Shown: in pieces, positions 54,300 to 62,612 of the stretch
Layout of the letters: each line of letters starts with the position of its first letter
Numbering within the stretch: position 1 is the first letter of the stretch
Assembly: GCA_945872855.1 (NCBI GenBank)
Contig: CAMCAW010000001.1
Coordinates: forward strand, 4,108 to 68,107
DNA length: 64,000 nt
Source: Rickettsia typhi
GTDB taxonomy: Bacteria; Pseudomonadota; Alphaproteobacteria; Rickettsiales; UBA1997
Direction of reading: 5' to 3'
Notes under the pieces: generated by a model
Database searches by the model: none
Seen by the model: only the letters and a program-made list of their open reading frames with translations
Told to the model about the DNA's origin: nothing
Program-made: the position numbers and the translations under genes

Positions 54300-56228
54300 T
54301 TATTTTTGTTCTTGTTTTTCTGTTGCGCCCAAGAATTTTTCATTCACTTTTATCGGATATTTCTTTTGCAAAAACTTATTAAATTCTTGCATAAATTCTG
54401 CGCGATGATTTTTTTCTAACTCTGATTTGCCTAGAGCTAGTTGGCTTTCGGTTATTGGAGATTTTTTGATTTCACGCAATATTCCAATATTAAATTCTTG
54501 CGCACTAACTGCTGATGCAGGAATTATTTGCCCAACTTTTGCACTAAATAATCCTTCTAAAAAAGCGCTAGAATAAGGGATTTTTTTGCCTTGAAATTCA
54601 AGATAAAAAAAGCGCGGGAAGATTTTATTTTTCTCAACTTTAAGATGGTATTGAGCCGCTATTTGCAAAGCTATAGAAGGTTTTTGTGCGATTTCAGTAG
54701 AAAATTTTGTAGCTAATTCGCGCAATTTTTCTAGCTTTTTTTCTTTTACATAGGCTGAAGTAATTTCTGATTTTACTTCATCTAATTTTTTCTCACGAGC
54801 CTTCTCAATTTCGTCGATTTTTAAAGCATAAAAAACACCAGTTAATTCGGCATAATAAAGTTTAGAAACCTGCTTTTCTTGTAATGAATAAGCGTTCTTA
54901 GAAAAATCGCCTAACTCTTTGATAGAAGGCACTGCGGCGCCTTTTGTATCATGGCCATTTTGATCAATTGTAACAACATCATGAGTTTTTAAGTTGAATT
55001 TTTTTGCAGTCTCAGAAAGTGAATTTGAAGCAAGGAGAGAATCTTCAATTTCAGAGATTTTTTTCTGCACAAATTCTTCATTTTTTGTGCGCAAAAGATT
55101 TTGCTTTATCGCATTTTTTACTTCTGCTAAAGGCGTAATTCCGCCAGCCTTTATATCATTAACAAAGAAAATATGAAAACCAAGCGGGCTTTTTAAAGCA
55201 GCTGAAACCTCGTGTTTATTGAGTTTGAAGGCTCCTACAGCAATTTCAGGAAATAAATCTTTTTCGCTAATATTTTGCAAAGTAATTTCCTTTTGATTTT
55301 TATGAGCCAATTTTTTTGCCATTTCTGCAAAAGATTTCGCTTTATCTTTATCGCTAGATTTTTCTAGTGCAGCCAAGAATAAAGCAGCCTTATCTTCATC
55401 AGTAAAAACCACGTGATAAAAATTTCTTTTCTCAGCTTGTTGATAGTTAGCTTTGTTTTTTTCATATTCAGCAGCGATCTCTTGCTCAGTGATGGCAAGG
55501 CTTCGCGCTAGATCTTGCTGTCCAATTGTAACGTAAGAAATTTTGCGCATTTCAGGTGTAACAAACTTTTGTTTATTTTTTGTGAAGAATGCTTCAAGTT
55601 CGGCAGTGCTTGGGGCTGTAATGTTGCCAACGTCTTTATCGGAAATAATAATTACGTCTGCTGCTCTTTTTTCTTCTTTTAAAGATACGACTTTTTTAAC
55701 TAATTTTTCATCGATAGGAGAGGCGAGAGAGATCGAGTTTACTATCATCGCGCCAACAATTTCATCTTGCACGGCTTTCACATATTTCTCTTCGTCAAAG
55801 CCATTTTGCGCGAGAAAACTTTTGAAAGCGAGGCGATCAAACTTGCCATCATGCATGAATTGAGGGTCTGTGGCGATGCCTTCGAGAATGATTTTTCTGC
55901 TGGCTTCAATGCCAAAATCGTCGCGCAATTTTTCTGTGATTACTTGATTTACAAGGCGTCCCAGCACGTCAGACTTAAATTTTTCTGATTCAAGATATTG
56001 CATTGCTTGCGGATTCTGTGGATTTGCGCGCAAAATTGCCTCGCGATCAACTTGCATTGCTTTAGTTAATCTTCCATAAGAAATTGATTTTCCGCCAACC
56101 TTGGCAACCCAAGAGTCGGCGCTGTTTAAGACGAAATTGCTAACACCAAAAAAGGTGAATGACAATACCAAAAGTCCGATGAAAAATTTGAAAAAAAGGT
56201 TATGTGCAAGTTTTTTGATTCTAAGCAT
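54300..56228 (-). CDS. periplasmic chaperone / peptidyl-prolyl isomerase PpiD-like (SurA-N domain protein)
   Basis: N-terminal TM anchor, SurA_N-like region, a parvulin-like segment (FYHVVF...SPLGFHIFFV). 642 aa. Confidence 0.78.
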   Translation of the reverse strand: MLRIKKLAHNLFFKFFIGLLVLSFTFFGVSNFVLNSADSWVAKVGGKSISYGRLTKAMQVDREAILRANPQNPQAMQYLESEKFKSDVLGRLVNQVITEKLRDDFGIEASRKIILEGIATDPQFMHDGKFDRLAFKSFLAQNGFDEEKYVKAVQDEIVGAMIVNSISLASPIDEKLVKKVVSLKEEKRAADVIIISDKDVGNITAPSTAELEAFFTKNKQKFVTPEMRKISYVTIGQQDLARSLAITEQEIAAEYEKNKANYQQAEKRNFYHVVFTDEDKAALFLAALEKSSDKDKAKSFAEMAKKLAHKNQKEITLQNISEKDLFPEIAVGAFKLNKHEVSAALKSPLGFHIFFVNDIKAGGITPLAEVKNAIKQNLLRTKNEEFVQKKISEIEDSLLASNSLSETAKKFNLKTHDVVTIDQNGHDTKGAAVPSIKELGDFSKNAYSLQEKQVSKLYYAELTGVFYALKIDEIEKAREKKLDEVKSEITSAYVKEKKLEKLRELATKFSTEIAQKPSIALQIAAQYHLKVEKNKIFPRFFYLEFQGKKIPYSSAFLEGLFSAKVGQIIPASAVSAQEFNIGILREIKKSPITESQLALGKSELEKNHRAEFMQEFNKFLQKKYPIKVNEKFLGATEKQEQK

Positions 56229-56297
56229 TTTTAAGAAATTTGGTTGAGAAAATATCGCCTAAAGTTACTTAAGCCTTTCTTTCTTAGCAATTCTTTC

Positions 56298-56326
56298 TTG
56301 TAAAAAAGAAGTGCGCATGCTACAAT
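56298..56326 (+). promoter_or_regulatory. candidate sigma70-type promoter for lysC
   Basis: TTGTAA (56298-56303), 17-bp spacer, TACAAT (56321-56326). Lies about 75 nt upstream of the ATG. Confidence 0.35.
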
Positions 56327-56400
56327 CTCTATGTTTTTGAGGATTTGCCGCGTCTAAAATTGGCACCTTTAAATAAAAGTTCTTAATAAAACTTCCAAAA

Positions 56401-57645
56401 ATGGCTCTTATTGTTCAAAAGTTTGGTGGCACCTCGGTTGGTGATATTGCGCGCATTCAAAATGTGGCGAAAAAAGTCAAAGCTGAACTTGATAAAAAAA
56501 ACCAAGTAATTGTTGTTGTTTCAGCAATGTCGGGCGTTACAAACCAGCTGGTGAGTTATTGTAATGAAGTTTCGGCCTTGATGAGCGATGAATCTCTGGC
56601 AGAATATGACGCCGTTATTGCCAGCGGCGAGCAAATCACCTGCGGCCTTCTGGCGCTTGAGTTGCAGAGCATGGGCTATCAAGCTCGTTCTTTCTTGGGC
56701 TGGCAAATTCCTGTGGTCACCGATGACGTCCACAGTAAGGCGCGCATCGATGAAATTGACGGAAAATTTTTGTTGGAAGCGCTAAAAACGCATCACGTTA
56801 TTGTGATTGCGGGCTTTCAGGGTGTGAATCAGGCCACTAATCGCGTTACCACGCTTGGTCGTGGCGGGTCAGACACTTCAGCTGTGGCAATTGCCGCTGC
56901 GGTTAAGGCTGATTTATGCGATATTTACACAGATGTAGATGGCGTGTACACTACAGACCCGCGCATTACAGACAGGGCGTGCAAGCTCAATAAAATCGCT
57001 TACGAAGAAATGTTGGAGATGGCTTATAGCGGCTCGAAAGTGCTGCAAACTCGCTCTGTTGCTATGGCGATGTCGCATAATGTGCGAGTGCGTGTGCTTT
57101 CAAGTTTTCAGGAAGTTACAGAAAATTCGGGAACAATTTTGGTTAATAATGAGGAGGAAATCATGGAAAGACGAGTTATCACAGGAATTAGTTATAGCAA
57201 AAATGATGTTAGAATTACTCTATCGCGCATGCCTGATCATCCCGGCCTCTCGGCGTCAATATTTGGCGTGCTGGCGAAAAAAGAGGTGAACATCGATATG
57301 ATTGTGCAAAATGCTAGTGCCGATGGCAAATCTGTCGATATAACTTTCACAACTTCTAAAGATGAGCTAGAGCGTGCTAAGGCTGCACTTGATTCCGTCA
57401 AAAATGAAGTGAAATATGAGCAAATTTCAATTGATGAAAATGTTGCGAAAATTTCAGTGATTGGCGTTGGTATGGTTTCGCACTCTGGTGTGGCTCATAC
57501 TATGTTTAAAACTCTTGCAGATAAAGGAATCAACATTTTGGTGATTTCAACTTCTGAGATTAAAATTTCGGTTTTGATTGCGAGAGAATACGGTGAACTT
57601 GCGGTTCGCGTGCTTCATACTGCTTACGGATTAGATAAGCAGTAA
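56401..57645 (+). CDS. lysC: aspartate kinase
   Basis: VQKFGGTSVGD, VVVVSAMSGVTN, two C-terminal ACT-like regions. 414 aa. Confidence 0.93.
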   Translation: MALIVQKFGGTSVGDIARIQNVAKKVKAELDKKNQVIVVVSAMSGVTNQLVSYCNEVSALMSDESLAEYDAVIASGEQITCGLLALELQSMGYQARSFLGWQIPVVTDDVHSKARIDEIDGKFLLEALKTHHVIVIAGFQGVNQATNRVTTLGRGGSDTSAVAIAAAVKADLCDIYTDVDGVYTTDPRITDRACKLNKIAYEEMLEMAYSGSKVLQTRSVAMAMSHNVRVRVLSSFQEVTENSGTILVNNEEEIMERRVITGISYSKNDVRITLSRMPDHPGLSASIFGVLAKKEVNIDMIVQNASADGKSVDITFTTSKDELERAKAALDSVKNEVKYEQISIDENVAKISVIGVGMVSHSGVAHTMFKTLADKGINILVISTSEIKISVLIAREYGELAVRVLHTAYGLDKQ

Positions 57646-57656
57646 CTTTAAGTTGG

Positions 57657-57813
57657 GTGTAAAACTTTTAAGAATGTTAATTAAATTTCTCTTAAGTTTA
57701 TAATTCTCTCTTGCCTTACTCGCCCCTCTTCGGCGTGCCGTCTAGGGGGGCAAGGCAGAGAGAGAATTATAAACTTAAGAGAAATTTAATTAACATTCTT
57801 AAAAGTTTTACAC
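57657..57813. repeat. 157-bp long hairpin (54-bp perfect outer arms) with loop TCTTCGGCGTGCCGTCTA, the reverse complement of TAGACGGCACGCCGAAGA; family member 3, inverted orientation
   Basis: 57657-57710 is the exact reverse complement of 57760-57813. The inner stem is imperfect: tgcctt/aaggca and cccc/gggg helices separated by an asymmetric bulge. The loop is 57727-57744. Confidence 0.92.
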
Positions 57814-57845
57814 TGGCTTTTTAATTGTTTTAATAAAAAAATATT

Positions 57846-59513
57846 ATGCCGACTTTAACAAAATTCATAGAATTAGGAATTTCAGATACAATGATCGAAA
57901 CCTTGCGTAAGAAGGGTTTTGAAGAGCCTACTCCTATTCAAGCGAAGACGATCCCATTTTTACTTGCCAACAAAAAAGATTTAATCGGTAAGGCGCAAAC
58001 TGGAACAGGAAAAACTGCCGCCTTCGGCATTCCACTAATTGAAAATATCGTTACTAACCAAGGCAAGGTTCAGGCCTTAATTTTGGCCCCAACTCGCGAA
58101 TTGGCTATTCAAGTTACAGAAGAGTTGAGCTCTTTTGCTGGTGCGTTTCAAACTAAAATTATTTCGATTTATGGTGGCCAGCCGATCGATCGTCAAATTT
58201 CGCGCTTGCAGCGTGGGGTTGATATTGTGGTAGGAACGCCCGGTCGCGTGATTGATCACTTGAACCGCAAGACGCTAGATATTTCAAAAATCTCTTACAT
58301 CGTGCTTGATGAAGCTGATGAAATGTTGAATATGGGTTTCATTGAAGATATCGAAGCGATTTTGAAATTGGCTCCTAAAGCTAAGCGCACAGTGCTTTTC
58401 TCGGCTACTATGCCAGATCATATCGAGCGTTTGGCGAAGAAATATATGGGCGATTATGAATTGATTTCGGTGATGAGTAACAATGCTGGGCGTCCGAATA
58501 TTGAGCAAATTTATTTCGAAGTTCCGCAATCAGATAAATTTGAAGCTTTACACAGAATTATTGATGTGGAAGAAAGTTTTTATGGCATGGTTTTTTGTCG
58601 CACCAAAGTTGATGTTGATGAAATTGCTAGCAAGCTAACCAACCGTGGCTTTAGAGCCGAAACGCTTCACGGCGATTTGTCTCAAGGTCAAAGAGAGAAA
58701 GTTTTGCAGAAATTTCGCAATAAAAAAGTGAACATCCTTGTGGCGACAGACGTTGCGGCGCGCGGGCTTGATGTTGATGATTTAACTCACGTTATCAATT
58801 ATGCTTTGCCGCAAGATCCAGAAAGTTACATGCATAGAATTGGCCGTACAGGCAGAGCTGGCAAGAGTGGAACGGCTATCACGCTGATCACTCCTTCTGA
58901 GTATCGCAAGTTGATTTCTATTCAAAAAATGGCTAATGCAACAATCACTAAACAAAAAGTGCCGAATGTAAAAGACGTTATTGATAGCAAAAAACAGCGC
59001 ATCATGACTTCTATCATCAAGGCTATGGAAGATGGCGGTTTTGCCGATTTACAAGGCATTGCAGCCGAAATTTTAGCGAGCAATTCTGATCCAAAAATTG
59101 CTCTTGCAGCTTTGTTGAAAATTGCTTTCAAAAATGAACTTAGTGAAAGTAGTTATAGTGAAATTGGCGATGGCTCTAACAAAAAACGCGACCGCGATTA
59201 TAATTCTTATGATGAACGTGGCGGCAACAGCGATCGTGGTGGCGATAAAAGAGGTGGTTATGTTGATCGCAAGGGAACGGCGCGCCTCTTCATTGCTAAG
59301 GGTCGCAACGATGGAATGGATCCAAGAAAATTGGTTGATTTTATTCAGAAAGAAACCGGCGTTGATCAAAGAAAAATTGATGATGCGAAAGTTTTTGATT
59401 CATTTTCGTTTTTTGCAGTACCATTTCAAGATGCAGAAAATATTCTGCATGTCTTTCAAAAGAGTGCTGGCGGCAGCAGATCGCTGGTTTCTAGAGCTAA
59501 AGATAAGAAATAG
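57846..59513 (+). CDS. DEAD-box ATP-dependent RNA helicase (DeaD/CsdA-like with DbpA-type C-terminal domain)
   Basis: AQTGTGKT, DEAD (VLDEADEM), SAT, HRIGRTGRAG. RGG/D-rich linker and a C-terminal RNA-binding-like domain. Confidence 0.92.
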   Translation: MPTLTKFIELGISDTMIETLRKKGFEEPTPIQAKTIPFLLANKKDLIGKAQTGTGKTAAFGIPLIENIVTNQGKVQALILAPTRELAIQVTEELSSFAGAFQTKIISIYGGQPIDRQISRLQRGVDIVVGTPGRVIDHLNRKTLDISKISYIVLDEADEMLNMGFIEDIEAILKLAPKAKRTVLFSATMPDHIERLAKKYMGDYELISVMSNNAGRPNIEQIYFEVPQSDKFEALHRIIDVEESFYGMVFCRTKVDVDEIASKLTNRGFRAETLHGDLSQGQREKVLQKFRNKKVNILVATDVAARGLDVDDLTHVINYALPQDPESYMHRIGRTGRAGKSGTAITLITPSEYRKLISIQKMANATITKQKVPNVKDVIDSKKQRIMTSIIKAMEDGGFADLQGIAAEILASNSDPKIALAALLKIAFKNELSESSYSEIGDGSNKKRDRDYNSYDERGGNSDRGGDKRGGYVDRKGTARLFIAKGRNDGMDPRKLVDFIQKETGVDQRKIDDAKVFDSFSFFAVPFQDAENILHVFQKSAGGSRSLVSRAKDKK

Positions 59514-59524
59514 GCTTTTAGTTC

Positions 59525-59548
59525 GGATTCCTGCGTAAGTGGGAATCC
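59525..59548 (+). terminator. possible terminator hairpin after the helicase gene
   Basis: ggattcc (59525-59531) pairs with ggaatcc (59542-59548). Only a weak T tract (aaatttta) follows. Confidence 0.3.
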
Positions 59549-59648
59549 AAATTTTATGGGGCAATCGCTTCTTAATTATCAGATCTTGGTTCGCTTAGCT
59601 GGTGATTAAGAAGCCGTTGTGGCAAATATCAAACGCTAAATACCTCCA

Positions 59649-61148
59649 ATGGTTTTCAGCTCCAACATCTTTCTATTCTTATTTCTCCCTTTAACTCTGG
59701 CGCTATATTTTTTGCCATTGGAAAAAATTGGCTTTGCAAAATATAAAAATTATTTATTACTCGCGACGAGTTTAATTTTTTATGCTTGGGGCGAGGCTTG
59801 CTACATCTGGCTTCTAGGGCTTTCTATTTTAGGAAATTATTATTTTGGGCGGTGGATTTCTTGCAAAAATCATGATGATGAAGTTGCAAAAATTTCAACG
59901 CAGCTACATCAAAGATCGCAATTTATATCTCGTCAAATTAAATTATTTATCGCGCTATCCTTCAATTTAGCGCTGCTGCTTTATTTTAAATATGCTAATT
60001 TTTTTGTGGCAAATTTATCTGATTTGGTGCATTTTTTATTTCCACAATATCAGTTTGCAGTGGCAAAATCTCTGCTTCCGGCCCGCCTTCCAATTGGCAT
60101 TTCATTTTTTACTTTTCACGCAATTTCTTGCCTCATCGATATTTATCGCAACAAATGCAAGGCGCAAAAAAATTTGTTGGAATTGGCGCTATATATTGCC
60201 TTTTTCCCCCAGTTAATTGCGGGGCCAATTGTGCGTTATAACACTATTGAGAAATATCTTTCCAAGCGGCGCCACAGCTTGTCTGCAGCCTCTTACGGCA
60301 TTAGAAGATTTATCATTGGTTTTGGCAAAAAAGTTATTATTGCAAATACTTTGGGAGAAGTTGCTGATACAATTTTTTCTACGCAGCTAGATGGCTTAAG
60401 CTCTACTCTTGCTTGGGTTGGAGTGTTATGCTATACCATGCAAATTTATTTCGATTTTTCTGGCTATTCTGATATGGCGATAGGATTGGCGCGGCTTTTT
60501 GGCTTTAAGTTTCCTGAAAATTTTAATTATCCTTACGCCTCAAGATCGATTAAAGAATTTTGGCGAAGATGGCACATGTCGCTCTCTGCTTGGTTTCGCG
60601 ACTATGTCTATATTCCACTTGGCGGCAATAAAGTTGGCTTAAGGAGACAATATTTTAATTTAGTTCTAGTGTTTTTTCTATGCGGCTTATGGCATGGTGC
60701 AAGCTGGAATTACGTGGTTTGGGGGCTTTTTCATGGCTTTTTCTTAGTGTTCGAAAGAGTGAGAATAGGAAAAATTTTTCTAGAAAAATTACCAAATTTT
60801 TTACAGCATTTTTACGCGATTTTTATAGTGATAATCGGCTGGGTATTTTTTCGCAGCCAAGATTTAAGCTATGCGATGGGCTATTTAGACCTAATGTTTT
60901 TTGGTGAAAATGATATTGTGATAGAAACTAAAATATTGCGCTTAGTAAATTCGCATTTTGTATGGGTTGTTGGCGCTCTAAGCTTAATTGGCTTTTCTCC
61001 TTTGGTTAAAAACGCCGTGACCGCATTAGTTAAACGTGGCGGAGCCCGCTTGTTGGCGTTTGATTTATTGCTATTGGCATCGTTTATTTTTGCAATTATC
61101 AGGCTTTCTTCCGCAACGCATAATCCGTTTATTTACTTTCAGTTTTAA
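59649..61148 (+). CDS. MBOAT-family membrane O-acyltransferase (AlgI/DltB-like)
   Basis: Polytopic, 499 aa. Conserved His region FWRRWHMSLSAWFRDYVYIPLGG. Confidence 0.85.
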   Translation: MVFSSNIFLFLFLPLTLALYFLPLEKIGFAKYKNYLLLATSLIFYAWGEACYIWLLGLSILGNYYFGRWISCKNHDDEVAKISTQLHQRSQFISRQIKLFIALSFNLALLLYFKYANFFVANLSDLVHFLFPQYQFAVAKSLLPARLPIGISFFTFHAISCLIDIYRNKCKAQKNLLELALYIAFFPQLIAGPIVRYNTIEKYLSKRRHSLSAASYGIRRFIIGFGKKVIIANTLGEVADTIFSTQLDGLSSTLAWVGVLCYTMQIYFDFSGYSDMAIGLARLFGFKFPENFNYPYASRSIKEFWRRWHMSLSAWFRDYVYIPLGGNKVGLRRQYFNLVLVFFLCGLWHGASWNYVVWGLFHGFFLVFERVRIGKIFLEKLPNFLQHFYAIFIVIIGWVFFRSQDLSYAMGYLDLMFFGENDIVIETKILRLVNSHFVWVVGALSLIGFSPLVKNAVTALVKRGGARLLAFDLLLLASFIFAIIRLSSATHNPFIYFQF

Positions 61149-62418
61149 GATAAATACTTTCAAGTTCTTCCTTTAAAAAGGCGAATTCGCTAGTTGCATC
61201 GCCGCTCATCAACTCTGTCAAAACCTTCGCCGAGCCGCAAGAGAGAGTCCATCCCAAATGTCCGTGCCCCGTATTTAAAAACAAATTGCCATAAATTTTA
61301 ACTTCGCCAATTAGTGGAATTGAATTGGGACGGAAGGGTCTAAAGCCAAACCATTCTTGCGCTTTATTGATATTGCCAAAATCGGAAAAACTAGCTTTGA
61401 TTTTTGCTTTGATGAAGTTGAGTTGGCTGTTGTTTTTAACGGCTCGCAACCCTCCAATCTCAACGGCTCCAGCTGCTCTGAAGACATCGCCAATTCTGCT
61501 GTAAACTATTTTATTTTCAGAATCGGTTAGGGCAATTGCTGGCGCGATAAATTCTTCATTTGCTTCAATTGAAAGGCTATGACCTTTAAGTGGATAAATT
61601 TTAGAAGTAACTCTAATGCCTTTCAAAAGCTTGTCGCCGTAAGCTCCAAGAGCATAAACATATTTATCAGCACAGAAAACGCCGCGATTAGTGTGAATGC
61701 CGGTGATTTTGCTGTAATTGGTGAAAATATTTTTTACCTCGGCATTATATTCAAAAACTACGCCATATTTTTCTTGGCAGATTTTTTCAAGAGCCTTAGT
61801 GAATAAAAGGCTGTTGCCGCTTGCGTCATCATCGTAAAAGATTCCGCCAAGCAATTTATTTTCATCGTAAAGTTTAACTAAGGTAGGCTCTTTTTTTAAG
61901 CATTCATCGCGATTTAAAATGTGAAGCTTAATGCCGAGCGACTGCTGTATTTCTGCGTGTTTAATGGCTTTTTCAAAGGCTTTGGCGTTTTGATAAAAGT
62001 GCAAAATTCCAGTTTCGTTATAATCGAATTTGATGTTTGGTTCGTCGCGCAAAATTTCTGCCAAGATTCTTCTGCTATATTTTCCGAGGCTGAATAGTTT
62101 TTTGCTATTGATGAGGGATTCTTCTGCGTTGCAATTTTTTAAAAACTCGAAGCCCCATTTTAAGAAATCGGTGTTGGCGAATTTTTTGATTGATAAAAAA
62201 GAATTGGGGCTGAAAAGTGATTTTGCGATGAGCTTTGGCGCCGATTCTGAGGCCCATGGTTCGATATGGGAGTAGCTCAATTGGCCGCCATTGGCGTATG
62301 AGCAGCCGAGGCTGGAGGCGGAGTTTTTTTCTAAAACTGTGACTTGATGACCTGATTTTGCGAGGAAATAAGCGGTTGTAACTCCGACCATTCCTGCGCC
62401 CATGACTATTATTTTCAT
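61129..62418 (-). CDS. dadA: D-amino-acid dehydrogenase (FAD-dependent)
   Basis: MKIIVMGAGMVGVTTAYFLAKSGHQVTVLEK, YPLKGHSLSI, FLNTGHGHLGWTLSCGSAKVL. The ATG at 62418 is preferred over the TTG at 62424. Confidence 0.85.
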   Translation of the reverse strand: MKIIVMGAGMVGVTTAYFLAKSGHQVTVLEKNSASSLGCSYANGGQLSYSHIEPWASESAPKLIAKSLFSPNSFLSIKKFANTDFLKWGFEFLKNCNAEESLINSKKLFSLGKYSRRILAEILRDEPNIKFDYNETGILHFYQNAKAFEKAIKHAEIQQSLGIKLHILNRDECLKKEPTLVKLYDENKLLGGIFYDDDASGNSLLFTKALEKICQEKYGVVFEYNAEVKNIFTNYSKITGIHTNRGVFCADKYVYALGAYGDKLLKGIRVTSKIYPLKGHSLSIEANEEFIAPAIALTDSENKIVYSRIGDVFRAAGAVEIGGLRAVKNNSQLNFIKAKIKASFSDFGNINKAQEWFGFRPFRPNSIPLIGEVKIYGNLFLNTGHGHLGWTLSCGSAKVLTELMSGDATSEFAFLKEELESIYLKTESK

Positions 62419-62456
62419 TTGCAAAAATCTGTTAATTGTGGGATAGTTTCCTCTTG

Positions 62457-62568
62457 GTTTGTAGAAGTGAGTGGATTATTTACCTGACTAAAATGTGTCA
62501 CGTTATGTCTCTGCAGGACACGCTGACGCATTTTGAGTTGGGTAAATAATCCACTCACTTCTACAAAC
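62457..62568. repeat. 112-nt long hairpin (28-bp perfect outer stem) in the divergent dadA/addB promoter region
   Basis: 62457-62484 (gtttgtagaagtgagtggattatttacc) is the exact reverse complement of 62541-62568. Imperfect pairing continues inward (aaaatgtgtca / tgacgcatttt; tgtc / gaca). The centre is unrelated to the TAGACGGCACGCCGAAG core. Confidence 0.9.
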
Positions 62569-62612
62569 TGAAACATCGCGAATATTCATTCAAAGTTAGC
62601 AGCATTTATCCA

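Noticed and set aside
59122-59538. 138-aa plus-strand ORF overlapping the 3' end of the DEAD-box helicase gene in another frame
   Set aside because: The helicase frame continues through a plausible RGG-rich linker and DbpA-like C-terminal domain. The alternate frame has no supporting features.
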